Source: Squalus acanthias
Taxonomy: Eukaryota
Length of the DNA: 64,000 nt
Reading direction: 5' to 3'
Assembly (NCBI GenBank): GCA_030390025.1
Contig: CM059438.1
Coordinates: 68,884,001 to 68,948,000 of the forward strand
Position numbers and translations under genes: made by a program. Under the pieces are notes generated by a model. It did no database searches. It was not told the origin of the DNA and was given only the letters and a program-made list of their open reading frames with translations. Positions within the stretch are counted from its first letter, which is position 1. Each line of letters opens with the position of its first letter. Shown piece after piece: positions 34,475 through 48,030 of the stretch.

Positions 34475-37362
34475 ATGCAGTCAGAAACAAATGTTAGAAG
34501 GGTGAGAAACAATAGGGGAAGGCCGAGTAAACAAAGGCAAGAAACACAAAGGGCCATACTAAATCATAAGTCTAAAAGGACAAAGGATGTTAATAAAAAA
34601 AGCCTAAAGGCTCTGTGTCTTAATGCAAGGAGTATCCGTAATAAGGTGGATGAATTGACTGTGCAAATAGATGTTAACGGATACGATGTGATTGGGATTA
34701 CAGAGACGTGGCTCCAGAACAATCAAGGCTGGGAACTGAACATCCAGGGGTATTCAACATTCAGAAAGGATAGAATAAAAGGAAAAGGGGGTGGGGTAGC
34801 ATTGCTGGTTAAAGAGGAGATTAATGCAATAGCTAGGAAGGACATCAGCTTGGAGGATGTGGAATCAATATGGGTTGAGCTGCAGAACACCAAAGGGCAG
34901 AAAACGTTAGTGGGAGTTGTGTACAGACCTCCAAACAGCAGTAGTGAGGTGGGGGAGGGTATGAAACAGGAAATCAGAGGTGCGTGCAAAAAAGGCACGG
35001 CAGTTATCATGGGTGACTTTAATATGCATATAGATTGGGCTACTCAAACTGGAAGCAATACGGTGGAAGAGGATTTCCTGGAGTGTTTAAGGGATGGTTT
35101 CCTAAACCAATATGTTGAGGAACCAACTCGAGGGGAGGCCATCCTGGACTGGGTGTTGTGTAATGAGGAGGGACTAATCAGCAATCTTGTGGTACGGTGG
35201 AGAAGGAAACAGTTAAGTCAGAGACCATGGTCCAGAACTTAAATAAGGGCAACTTTGAGGGTATGAGGCGTGAATTGGCGAGGTTAAATTGGCAAGCGAT
35301 ATTTAAGGGGCTATCAGTGGAAGGGCAATGGCAGACATTTAGAGATCGCATGGATGAACTACAACAATTGTACATCCCGGTCTGGCATAAAAATAAAAAA
35401 GGGAAGGTGGCTCAACCATGGCTAACAAGGGAAATCAGGGATAGTATTAAAACCAAGGAAGTTGCATACAAATTGGCCAGAAGTAGCAGCAAACCCGGGG
35501 ACTGGGAGAACTTCAAAACTCAGCAGAGGAGGACGAAGGGTTTGATTAGGGCAGGGAAAATAAAATATGAAAGGAAGCTTGCAGAGAACATTAAAATGGA
35601 CTGCAAAAGCTTCTATAAATATGTAAAAAGAAAGAGGTTAGTAAAAACAAACGTCGGTCCCCTGCAGTCGGAAACAGGGGAAGTCGTAATGGGGAACAAG
35701 GAAATGGCAGATCAATTGAACAAGTACTTTGGTTCGGTGTTTACTGTGGAGGACACACACAACCTGCCGGAAATAAAAGGGGTCAGAGGATCTGGTAAGA
35801 GGGAGGAGCTGAGGGAAATCCTTATTAGTCGGGAAAAGGTATTGGGGAAATTGATGGGACTGAAGGCTGAAAAATCCCCGGGGCCTGATGGTCTGCATCC
35901 CAGAGTACTTAAGGAGGTGGCCTTGGAAATAGTGGATGCATTGACGATCATTTTCCAACATTCCTTAGACTCTGGATCAGTTCCGATGGAGTGGAGGGTG
36001 GCCAATGTAACCCCTCTTTTTAAAAAAGGAGGGAGGGAGAAAGCAGGGAATTATAGACCGGTCAGCCTGACATCGGTCGTGGGTAAAATGATGGAAGCAA
36101 TTATTAAAGATGTCATAACAGACCATTTGGAAAGTGGTGACATGATAGGTCCAAGTCAGCATGGATTTGTGAAAGGGAAATCATGCTTGACAAATCTTCT
36201 GGAATTTTTTGAGGATGTTTCCAATAGGGTGGACAGGGGGGAACCAGTAGATGTGGTGTATTTGGACTTTCAGAAGGCCTTCGACAAGGTCCCACACAAG
36301 AGATTGGTGAGCAAAGTTAAAGCACATGGGATTGGGGGTAATGTGTTGACGTGGATTGAGAACTGGTTGGCACACAGGAAACAAAGAGTAGGAGTAAATG
36401 GGTACTTTTCAGAATGGCAGGCAGTGACCAGCGGGGTACCGCAGGGTTCGGTGCTGGGACCCCAGCTGTTTACATTATATATTAATGATTTGGACGAAGG
36501 GATTAAATGTAATATCTCCAAATTTGCGGATGACACTAAATTGGGAGGCAGTGTGAACAATGAGGAGGATGCTAGGAGGCTACAGAGTGACTTGGACAGG
36601 TTGGGTGAATGGGCAAATGTATGGCAGATGAAGTACAATGTGGATAAATGTGAGGTTATCCACTTTGGTGGTAAAAATAGAGAGGCGGACTATTACCTGA
36701 ATGGTGGCAGATTAGGGAAAGGGGACGTGCAACGAGACCTGGGCGTCATGGTACATCAGTCACTGAAGGTGGGAATGCAAGTGCAGCAGGCAGTCAAGAA
36801 AGCAAACGGAATGATGGCCTTCATAGCAAGGGGATTTGAGTACAGGAGTAGGGAGGTGATGCTACAGTTGTACAGGGCCTTGGTGAGGCCACACCTGGAG
36901 TATTGTGCGCAGTTTTGGTCTCCTAACTTAAGGAAGGACATTCTTGCTATTGAGGGAGTGCAGCGAAGGTTCACTAGATTGATTCCTGGGATGGCCGGAC
37001 TGACATATCAAGAAAGATTGGGTCAACTGAACTTGTATCCTCTGGAGTTCAGAAGAATGAGGGGGGATCTTATAGAGACATTTAAAATCCTGACTGGTTT
37101 AGACAAATTAGATGCGGGCAGAATGTTCCCAATGGTAGGGAAAACTAGAACCAGGGGTCACAGTCTAAGGATTAAGGGGAAGCCATTTAGGACTGAGCTG
37201 AGGAGGAACTTCTTCACCCAGAGAGTGGTGAATCTATGGAATTCTCTTCCACAGAAGGTTGTTGAGGCCAGTTCGCTAAATATATTCAAAAGGGAGTTAG
37301 ATATAACACTCACAACTAAGGGGATCAAGGGGTATGGCGAGAAAGCAGGAATGGGGTACTGA
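34475..37362 (+). pseudogene. CR1 ORF2 (APE endonuclease + RT), broken by a deletion at ~35196
   Basis: NARS, ITETW, YRPP and GDFN are followed by a frame change where the SDH motif (present at ~17010) is missing. The 721-codon RT frame 35197..37362 is open. Confidence 0.92.
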
Positions 37363-39123
37363 GGTAGCATGTTCAGCCATGAACGCATTGAATGGCGGTG
37401 CAGGCTCGAAGGACCGAATGGTCTACTCCTGTACCTATTTTCTATGTTTCTATGTTTCTATTAAATAGTAATATTTTGGTTTCAAGCTTGAATTCGGAGA
37501 CTGTTTAATGAAACTGACTATACTCCAACTCTAATTCTTACTGCAACTCCAAAGTATGGAAGTGTCTGATCTGACATTTAAAAGCCACTGTTCTGTTTTT
37601 TCTTTAGTCAGCTGTCTAAATGTAATACCTCCGCTCAGCCTCAATAAGCCCATTTAAGGTGAGAATTGATTTGAATGTGACCCCAGGACTGACAATAAAC
37701 TGGTACAGAGTGGGTGGTGTAGGTAGAATACCCTCGGTATTATGCTTTCATTTTCTAATTCTCAGAACACTCAGTAGGCATAAAGTCAGAAATGTTCCAT
37801 TCAACAATTTGAACATTTAAGCATTCTTAGTAGACCCTGTAAAATCATTCTAATGTGCAATTAGTTGAAATCCCTTAGAAGTTTAACAAGAGAAGACAGA
37901 CGAGTCTCAAAATGTAAGCTGTCAACTGCATCTTGGAAAAAGTGACAGACTTAATGTGCCCAGCACGAAGAAAGATTTGAACAGTGCTGAGACAACTACT
38001 GAAAAGTAGGCAGCATGTCATTTTATATTGGTCTAATTTCTATATGGAGCTTATCATTATATGTGTAATTTTTCAAAAAGCAGCCTGGGGATGAATTCCA
38101 GTGCCCTAGATCTATGTTAAATGTTATATCTCGATCACCAATTGGCAATGACATGTACTTTTCAATGCCATAAATTTTACCTTTAGACAGCAGAGGCATG
38201 TCCAAGCATAAAAGTGGAACTAATTTTTCAATCTCCTTCAGAGAAGCCTTCATAATAGAATTAAACTAAGATCACATTTGATAGTTCATTTTTGTCAGAT
38301 GTTGCGAAAACTACCTCGATTCACTATTTAAAAAAAATATAAAAACAACATAAAACCAAAAAACAGATAATGTCCTCATGGAAAACAAACTGCTTAATGA
38401 CATCTGGTTTTAGGTAACTCACTTGCTCTTGGGATTCTTCCATTGTGCGGTCCTGATGTTGCACCACGGCTTATTCTCCAGGAGAATACTATTTACATCT
38501 ATTTATGCCCTAGCTGCCAATATTGGAAGTTTGGGGACTATGCTGTATTGCATCAAAGCCTCCAGTGCTTTGACTCAAAAAGGACTGTTCACGTTTCCAA
38601 TGCTCAAAAGCTTTGAGGATTTAATGGGTAAAATCAGTGTGGAAAAAGGAACTGTAGCAGAAGATAGATTTTATGTTATGATATGCAAGCTTGTATTTAT
38701 TTGCTTAAAGCATTGCGGTGGCCAAGGTTTCTCTTCAGATTTTACAACCAAGAAGTTAATTTCTGTTAAATTTCTAAATCCAGCATGCTAGCTATATTAA
38801 GATGTTAAACATTTATTTCAGCAGATGTTGACCAGTGCAAAACAATGCTGCTTAAAATGATCAGTAATGATGACTTGCATCTGGGTAGAGCAGTGTTGCA
38901 GTATGAAACCCCACTTTAATCAGTGGTTTTGATGTTTCCCATTATTTGTTGAAGTAACAAATAAAATATTCCCAACTATTTCCATCTTTAAATTGATGTT
39001 GCTGCTAATTTCAGTGCTCTTGGGAAAACTTTATTAGGAAATTGTTAATAGTACTGTGATGGCCTAATTGCCTCACTCTTCCAAAGCTTTGGATTCACAT
39101 TTTGTCTGTCTATTCATTATAAT

Positions 39124-39788
39124 GGGCCGTATTTTCCGATCGGAGGCTTCCTGCGTGCGGAGGCCTCCGATCTGGAAAAAATCTACGGACTTACCTGAGG
39201 GCTCCCGAGGTCCGGACACATCCGCTCCTGGGCCTTTCCAAATTCGAAATGTGCAGGGCCCACGTATCCCAGGGGCGCATGCGGTTCGCAAGTGTCCCTG
39301 GGATCACGTGGGCCATGGGGAGCCAATCAAAGAAGGGAATCTCCCTTCATACACTTGACAGATAGCCCTGTCAAATATATGAATGGAGATCACCCCAAAA
39401 ACACTGTAAAACATTAAATAATTTTTTTTTTAAGTCACATTTTTTAAATGAGTTGAAAAAAAAATTAACGTTTTTTACAGGGCTAAAAATAAACTTACCT
39501 TTTCTTAAAGTATTTTTAATGATAAATGAGTGAAAACATTTATTTTTTACTTTTTTCAAATCTTATGCTGGTAAAAGCAGGCCTGACACCTGATTTTACC
39601 AGGCGTAAGATTTCTAAGAGTTTTCAGCGGGCAGAGGTTCTGCAGAAAGCGGAAATCTCCCCCCGCAGAGGCCCTTCTCCAGGGCAGGCGTCCGATCTGT
39701 CAAGCGCATTCTGAAACCGGCATTTCCGCTGTCCCTACAGGTGTGTACATAGCCCATACACACCCGTAGGGATCGGAATATATGGTCC
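39124..39788 (-). mobile_element. TIR MITE related to family A
   Basis: TIR 15/18 (GGGCCGTATTTTCCGATC) and AAT TSD. It shares the CCCTGGGATCACGTGGGCCATGG..GAGCCAAT block. Confidence 0.85.
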
Positions 39789-39965
39789 AATGTATTTTCA
39801 CAGATTATGTGCAGAGCCATTTCAACTTGGAGAAATGGGACTATTCTTATCACTTTTAAGATATAGCTCTCAAAATGTCTATACCCATTGTGGGTTACTT
39901 AGTGTGGCTTTGCTTTTTTTTAACCCTTGTTCTTTCCTTTCTTTTCCATTATAATTGGAACACAA

Positions 39966-40269
39966 AGAGAGAGACTGGGGGTATGGGGGGGAGAGAAACT
40001 GGGGGTGCAGGGGGAGAGAGAGACTGGGGGTGCGGAGGGAGAGAGATTGGGGGTGCAGGGGGAGAGAGAGACTGGGGGTGCAGGGGGAGAGAGAGACTGG
40101 GGGTGCGGGGGGAGAGAGATGGGGGTGCGGGGGGAGAGAGACTGCGGGTGAAGGGGGAGAGAGAGAGACTTGGGGTGCAGGGGGAGAGAGAGACTGGGGG
40201 TGCGGGGGGAGAGAGACTGGGGGTGCAGGGGGAGAGAGAGAGACTGGGGGTGCGGGGGGAGAGAGACTG
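39966..40269. repeat. G-rich minisatellite (GAGAGAGACTGGGGGTGCRGGGG)n, ~12 units
   Basis: Seen directly; unit length varies with the GA count. Confidence 0.9.
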
Positions 40270-43100
40270 AAAGATTCTTTCTTTGGTGCCCTTGCTTTCC
40301 TCTACACTCCTTCCCCCAACAAGCTGCTGGATTGTTTTGAGAGACACCTCAGTAACAAAACAAATACGCCACTCTGATTCTGAGTTGGTAACTGCGGACA
40401 AGGCCAAACGGTGCAATGAAAATACCCCAGCTTTGTGGAGAGAATGGTGTTGAATGTGCTGGGATTCTGCCTTATCTACAGTACATCACATGATGTGCAT
40501 TACAGATATCAGGTAGAGCAAGCAAGTCTGTAAGAGGTATCACCATTGTTGGCAGAGCACAGTCTCCTGAACTGACAGCTTTAGGTCGCATGATAAATTT
40601 ATATTAAGCTGCTGATTAAACATATTGTTATCTTGCATCAAGTAAATTCTGAATGCAGTTTATTTTTAACTCAAATAATTTGCATTATGTGTGTCTTCAA
40701 TGTTTCTTGCAGCTATTGGATTTCTAAACTGTTGTATTTAATACAATTACATTGCAGATTTTAACGCATTGCACTTCAGGCACTTTTCCATGGGGAACAG
40801 CTTTGATTTCTTAAGCAACTCCTATTTGAGTAAACCCTTTGGGAACTGAGTGTTGCAGAAAGGCTATATTCACTTCATTAATTAATTGCGCAGTTATCAA
40901 ATGTTTGACAACTGCATAGTTTCTAAATACGAGACGCATAAACTGAAAACCGCTTCTGCTGACCTGAGGACAGTTTGGAAAGCTGGTAGCCACCATGGAG
41001 AAGGACATAAACAAACTGCTGCAGATCTGCAAGTCTTCAATGCCACTTCTGTGGTACTGAGACACGGGCACTTAAAGCAGAGGACTAACTAAGGCTTAGA
41101 GGCATTTGAAATTCTATGAAGCAGCCAATAACATAATTTAAAGTGACAAGATTGATTTCTGAACCAACTAGGTGACAATTAGAAGTAGAGAAGACGGTGA
41201 TTGATATTTGCAAAGCAGAAGTTGGATAGTTTGGTCACTAGAGCGAAATAGACAAAACAGTCGTGGTCACCTTGTTCAAGGAATAAGAGGAAATGCACAA
41301 TGAAAAGCAGCAGAGGTCTCTGACTTGTGCCAGATGGAAGTTATGGCAGTAACAACACTGCTCCATTGCAGGTGCACTGGGAGGCACGTGATCAGCTGCT
41401 ACACTAATAAAGGAGAAGGAAAAAGGACTGAGCCCCATGACGACTTTCCATCGAGTTTGGAAATATGAATAGGGCTTTATCCTTTCTTTGTTTTCTTTTT
41501 TTTAATGGGAGACAAACTTTTAATATCTGCAAGGAGGAGTAGGGTGACTTGAACCACATACTACTTGCTGGCTGTTACTGTTCTTATGTTGACTAGTTGA
41601 AGGTGTATTTCTACAGGGTATGGCTGGAGCTGAGTCTTTATATCATTGAGCATTAAAACACCTATATTTGGTTTTAAAAAATCGCATGAAATAATAACTG
41701 TAATCCCTTCACTCTTAACGACTTTAGCAGTTTCCATTTCATCTGGTTTGATGTCCAAGAAAAGAATTCAAGGGACGCAGTTCAAGGAACTATAATTTTG
41801 AAAATCAATTAGAACTGGAGGTGCATCTTTTGTTTTATTAACTGAAGGCAGGTTCATATTTGAACATCTCAAATATGCAAGTTAGATTTTAAATGTTTTC
41901 AGGTAATAAAAACAGGCATGAAAATTATGCTTGGCTCCTTGGATGGTGCTGCTAACATATCCTGGAATTTGCTGCAAGGCTTTGTCTTGCAACTTGTTTA
42001 GCTTCTAGATAGCAGAGAACTGCTAGAAATGTTTCTGATCAACTGCAAGAGTGGCAGTTCACAGATCATGCTCCGGTCCTTCTTGGTCTATCTGACTTGC
42101 TGACTCAACCAAAACACTCCAAGCCCAGTCCACCACGACTCAAACGAGAAGAGGCAAAGCAAGCAGGGGATAAAAGAGGAGAGTGAGTGTGTGTGAAATG
42201 AAGGAAGCCAGATAGACACAAGCGGAGGAGGAGAGACAAAAAAAAACAAGTGAAGGAAAAGAAAGATCAACTTTTTTTCCCCCAGTGCCAGTGTCCTTGA
42301 GTATAAGGACGACAGAAGCACTCTGTCCCAGAAAGTTTAAATTAGATAGTTTTGACTGATATTTATTGAATAGGGTGGATTTGTTGCTTGAGTGAGCCCC
42401 ATATGAAAGTAGACTTACAAATACAAAAAAGCAAATACTTGACTGCAAAATGTTTCTTCCCATTTCCTAATTGTCTGAGGCCTTTATAAGGGTAAGAAAT
42501 AGATGCAGAGTACTTCAGGAAAAACAATCCCATCTGAGACAACTATGTAGAGACTTTGGAGACATACACAAGATCAGGAGAGACTTGTGGCAAGAACTAA
42601 ATTAAGAAGTCAGGCAAAGCAGGATATCAGCTATGCAGGGAGATAGTGGAATAAAAAAAGTAGATTGAGAAAGAAGCAGAGAGACTGAGAGGGTGTGGAA
42701 TGCTACAACACACTGATTATATAATATTCCAACCTAAAGGGGGAGAAATTCAGTATCGCCCCGTTTGGGGCGCGATTTTCGGCCTGGGCGCAAAGATTAG
42801 CGCCTGCCGCTAATTATCGCCTCCGACTGCAAACTTGGCTTTGATCACCCCTGGAGGTGATTGGAGCGCTAAATCAGGCGCTGCACACCTGTCTTAAGGC
42901 GCAATGGCCGAAGAGCGAGGCGCTAACTCAGAGCGCGGGCACAGCGCAGGTGATGTCAGTTAACGATGGAACACAGACACTCTGGCGCCGGCCAGTTCTT
43001 AAAGGGGAGGGTCGATCTTGCTCTCCAGCCACACCCTGCTCATTGGAGCCTTGAATCTCGGCCTGGAGAGACCTGTGCCTAAATCTTCCAGCCAAGGACT

Positions 43101-44866
43101 ATGGAGAGGATGAGAGAACGAGCTCAGGGATTCAGCAAGCGGGCCTTGGAGGCTCTGGTTGGCGCGGTGGAGCGCAGAAGATCTATACTCTACCCTGAGA
43201 GTGGCAGGAGGCCTTTGCCGCGCGACTACAGAAGAGTGTGGAGGGAGGTGGCTCAGCACATCTCCTCCAGGAGCATGGTGCCCAGGACCCATACTCAATG
43301 TCACAAAAAGGTCAACGACCTCACTCGGGTCGTCAGGGTGAGTGGCTTTTTTCAATACCTCTCCATCCCTCCATCTCAACCTTGCTCTATGGCCAGAGGG
43401 TCTTAAAACCCCAATACCCAACACTCATCCAACACCTATGGCCCTCTCATGAAACACACATGCACATTTCACACTTTGCATACAGTAAGGGCTATTCAAT
43501 TATGGGAGGCACATCAGGCAAGACCATGGCTGTATATTTACTCAGACGCCGTCCTTTTTCTTGCAGGCCAAGCTATCTCATAATAGGAGACAGCAGCAAT
43601 GGACGGGTGGAGGGCGGCCTCAGCTGCAACCCCTCAGCGATCTTGAGGCGCGCGTCCACAGGATTGTGGCAAGCCAGGTGATCGGCCCCGTCACCCCTGG
43701 AGAGGCCGACCCCGTTCGGGACAGCAATGGTAAGGTCATCACCTTTTTCTTCTCTCTCCTTCCACTTGTCCCTCACAGCACCAGCCTTTGACACTTTCAA
43801 TCCAACTTACTAAATCGCTGCACTCCTTCCTCCCTTACTGCCCCCCTGTCCTCACGCTAAAGCCACTCTTGTACCTCCCTGCTTTCAGATGGTGATTCAC
43901 CAGCTGAGGAGATGGGCCCTGAAGCTGCCAGTGGGAGCGAAGCTGCAGGCAAGGAGAAAGAGGAAGCCGGAGCATCAGTGCCACCCTCTCCCAAGGAAGC
44001 CCATGCCCACACAGGGAACACGCCTTCCCTGGAGAGGAGCAGGAGGGAAGGGTCTGATGAGGGTGAAACTCCAGGACCCAGCGGGCTGCAGCAACGCGAT
44101 GAGGCTAGGGAAGCTTGGGGGCCTTCTCCCCGGAGGGAGAGTAGGCCAGCGAGTCCTGCTGCACTGGACGCAGAGGAGGAGTGGCTCATTGCTGAAATGA
44201 ACACCCAGGCGGTGGACATGCACACTCAGCTCATGGGTGCAGTGGGAAGGGTGCCCGAATGCATTGATGCACTGGCAAGGAGTGTGGAGCACTTTGCTGT
44301 AGCACAGGCGAATGCCACACAAATGCTTTGTGCTGCAATCCAGTCACTGGCTGCCGTGATCCGATCTCAGATTGCTCTGATGCAGACTCAGATTGAGGCC
44401 ACGCAAGCACTGACTGCTGCCATTGTCGCTGGTTCGGACACATTTCCCCGGGGCTCTCACCGCGCCGCAGCAGGCCAGCAATCTGTGCTCCAGCAGATTG
44501 CTTTGGATGCTGATGTGCTGCCCCATGGGAGTGCCAGTGTGTCGGTCGCGCAGGGAGTTGCTGTCCTCTCTCAAGATGACAGCATTCCTGCTGCCACCAC
44601 TGTCACTTCCCCATTGCACTTGTCACCGCCTGTAGCCCAGACTGCTGCCGCCCATGCAGAGTTGGTGCAGTCTGCAGCCGAGCCCTCCGGTGCCCAGAGT
44701 TGGTCGAGACCGTCCTTCAAGGGCATCTGTAGTCTCAGGTTCTGACAATCAGCAGCCTTCCACCAACCTTGCTGCAGCCACTGGGGCCCCATTACGGAGG
44801 AGCAGTAGGGTGGGAAGGGGGGAAGTGCGCAAGGGAAGGAGATCACCCTCGAAGGGCAAAAAGTAG
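43101..44866 (+). pseudogene. Harbinger Myb/SANT gene, copy 2 (exons 43101-43337, 43567-43729, 43889-), late frameshift ~44690
   Basis: Exons 1 and 2 have the same sizes as in copy 1 (237 and 163 nt). The C-terminal homology switches frame. Confidence 0.85.
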
Positions 44867-45091
44867 GAGGTGTGACGAAATGTTGGTCAATTTTTTATTA
44901 AAGGCCGAGGTTTGTGTTCAAACTTTTGTTTAGTGTTTTGGACATTATCTCCAGGTTGTGAGAACCAGTTATGTTAATGAATTATTTTTTTGTGTTTGTT
45001 TCTATTAGTTTGTCATGAAGAAATGACACACACAGAATTTGTAAAATAAAAAAGTTTTTGTATTCAAAATGTACAGGTTTGGCCTTTGGAA

Positions 45092-46342
45092 TTATTGCTG
45101 CCTTGGCCGGCTTAGGGGTTGCTGGTTGCTCTCATTCATGTTTTTCTCCATGCCAGAAGCCATTTCCTCAGTAGGGGCCGAGAAGCGGCTTGTTATCAGC
45201 CGTTGACGGACGGCCCTTGCAGTTTCAACATTGTGGGCCTCCCTCCTACCTTGGTGCTGCTGCTGATCATCCTCCTCCTCTTTCTCCTCCTCTTCTTCCT
45301 TCTCCTCCGCCGGTGGTGCTCCAAGGCCTGGTGGCATTGGCTGGGTCCTGAGGATTGCCAGGTTATGCAGCATGCAGCACACAACTATGAAGAGGGAGAC
45401 TCGCTCAGGTGAGTACTGCAGGGCTCCTCCTGAGTGGTCCAGACAGCGGAACCGTTGCTTGAGCACGCCGATCGTCTGCTCAACGATGTTCCTGGTGGCG
45501 AGATGGCTCTCGTTGTACTGCAGCTCAGCAGGGGTGTTGGGGTTACGGAGTGGTGTCATCAGCCAGGTGCACAGTGGATAACCCTTGTCCCTGAGGAGCC
45601 AACTACTTGGCTGATGCGGTGCCTGGAAAAGTTCTGGCACAGCAGTCTGGCGCAGGATGAAAGCATCATGGCTGCTGCCAGGATAGCGGGCATTGACAGC
45701 GAGTATCAGCTGTCTGTGGTCACAGACCAACTGGACGTTTAAGGAGTGGAACCCCTTGCGGTTTCAGAAAACCTCTGCATTCTCATGCAGTGCCCGCAAT
45801 GCCACATGCGTGCAGGCAATGGTGCCCTGCACCATGGGGAAGCCCACTATCCTCGCAAAGCCCAATGCGCGTTCATGCTGTTTGGCCCGGGTCATCGGGA
45901 AAGAGATGTACTTGCGTCTCCTTTTATAGAGGGCATTTGTGACCTGACGGATACAGCAATGGACCACGAACTGGGAGATATTGGCGATGTCCCCAGTAGC
46001 TGCTTGAAAGGAGCCGGTGGCATAAAAGTTCAGAGCCACTGTGACCTTCACTGCCACCAACAGAGACGTCCTGGTCCTCAGTTGAGGCTGCAGATCTGGT
46101 TGCAGCAGGTGGCAGAGCTCAGTGACCACCTCCTTGCTGAAGCACAGCCTGCGCAAACACTGCTCCTCAGACAAATTAATGTGGGAGAATTGTTGCCGAA
46201 ATACCCTGGGAGGGTAAGGTCTCCTGTACAGAGGCCTGTTGGCCCTCCTCCGTCTGGCCATGATTGCTACTCTCTCTCTGCGTCTGTGTTGCCTCCGATT
46301 TTGCAGGTGCAGGATGACACACCGAATCAGTGCAGCCCCCAT
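45092..46342 (-). pseudogene. Harbinger transposase, copy 2 (inactive)
   Basis: In-frame TGA at 45764-66, first catalytic D lost (GTIACTH), LRDKGY in place of LGDKGY, and the original stop codon lost. Confidence 0.9.
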
Positions 46343-47276
46343 AGTCTCTTGGTAATCAAAGTAATGAAGGTGAAATCCAAAAGTACCTGCAAAGTGATGC
46401 TCAGTAGCCAAAACTACTACACACAACGTTGACTTTATGCAGAAGTCTCTCCTTCTCTCTCTCAGAATCTCTCTCTCTGTCAGAATGAGTGGTGCAGAAA
46501 TGTCTACCACAGAAAAAGCCAGGAAGAGGCCACCTTTAAATAGCTCCCCCCCAGCCCCTCACCGACTGGGAAACGTTTCAGTCTCCCTGTCGTTGCTTGC
46601 GCCAGGCGGAAAGGAGGGGGGCGCCACTCAATATCCAGTCCGGGGCGCCACAAGGGCGTTGCACGCTCGACTGATGTCATGATCTGCAGGCACAGGAGAT
46701 CGGGGCGGTAGTGTTTAGCGCCACCTGCAAAATGTCTGGTCAATTTCGCGAGTGGCACAGACATCACTGCACCCAGGCGTTAGTTGCTTTGCGCCCCATT
46801 CGCGCCCTCTTAAGGCGCTAACGGGAGGCACAATCCAACCGAATTCCTCACCCACCCATTGAACAGCATCATGGCTTTAAACAACCTGCAAGAAGCAGAA
46901 TTCTGGCCATAGATTCTCTCCCAAGCTTTCTTCTTACCCCCTCCTCTCCTCTCCTCTCTCCCTCCTCTTTTTTTCTGCTTCACTCTGCCTATTCTACTCT
47001 CAATATTCTCCTCTGTCCAGCCATTCATCTCCCTTTCTCCATCCCTGCCCCCTCACTGTGCCCCTCCTATTCCTTCATCTGGTCTCCTCATCTCCGCCTT
47101 CCTCCCTCCTTCCTTCCTGTTCCCCTCTCTCTATTTTACTTCTCTGTTCTCCTTTCCCACTTGGCCCTCTCCATCTCCTTTCTTCTCTGACTCTGCCCAT
47201 TAGCTCTGCTTGACCTAAATAGTGTCCTTGGTCTTGTCTCCCTGTGTGCAGCACCATGGGAAATCCACTAGTATTT

Positions 47277-48030
47277 TATCTCCAACAAGTGAGAGTCTAA
47301 CCACCACCCCTTGACATTTAACACCATTAGCATCGCCGAAACCCCCACCATCAACATCCTGGGGGCTCACCATTGACCAGAAACTTAACTGGACCAGCCA
47401 CATAAATACTGCGCCAACAAGAGCAGGTCAGAGGCTGGGTATTCTGCGGCAAGTGTCTCACCTCCTGACTCCCCAAAGCCTTTCCACAATCTACAAGGCA
47501 CAAGTAAGGAGTGTGATGGAATACTCTCCACTTGCCTGGATGAGTGCAGCTCCAACAACACTCAAGAAGCTCAACACCATCCGGGACAAAGCAGCCCGCT
47601 TGATTGGCACCCCATCCACCACCTTAAACATTCACTCCCTTCACCACCGGCGTATCGTGGCTGCAGTATGTACCATCTACAAGATGCACTGCAGCAACTC
47701 GCCAAGGCTTCTTCGGTAGCATCTCCCAAACCCACGACCTCTACTACCTAGAAGGACAAAGGCAGCAGGTGCATGGGAACACCACCACCTCCAAGTTCCC
47801 CTCCAAGTCACACACCATCCTGACTTGGAAGTATATCATCATTCCTTCATCGTCGCTGGGTCAAAATCCTGGAACTCCCTCCCTAACAGCACTGTGGGAG
47901 TACCTTCACCACACGGACTGCAACGGTTCAAGCAGGCGGCTCACCACCACCTTCTCAAGGGCAATTAGAGATGGGCAATAAATGCTGGCCTTGCCAGCGA
48001 TGCCCACATCCCAGGAACGAATAAAAAAAA
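47277..48030 (+). mobile_element. CR1-group (Zenon-like) LINE 3' fragment
   Basis: Collinear with 4012-4765. Confidence 0.9.

Larger units (their letters stand above)
32331..37461 (+). mobile_element. Apparently full-length CR1 LINE (~5.1 kb)
   Basis: It comprises a 5' monomer array, ORF1 (zinc finger + esterase), ORF2 (APE + RT) and a (TTCTATGT)n tail. Confidence 0.95.
42739..46853 (-). mobile_element. Second full-length Harbinger copy, inverted and decayed
   Basis: TIR GGGGGAGAAATTCAGT with a degenerate right TIR. It is collinear with the reverse complement of 20744-24976. No TSD is visible. Confidence 0.93.

Noticed and set aside
39875..40416. Gly/Glu/Arg-rich or Pro/Ser-rich ORFs
   Set aside because: They are translations of the G-rich minisatellite.
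41200..42300. Possible ancient LINE ORF1 on the minus strand (LIDFQNYS..FLDIKPDE)
   Set aside because: The resemblance to the LENRSRRNN..GIPE motif is too weak without a profile search.
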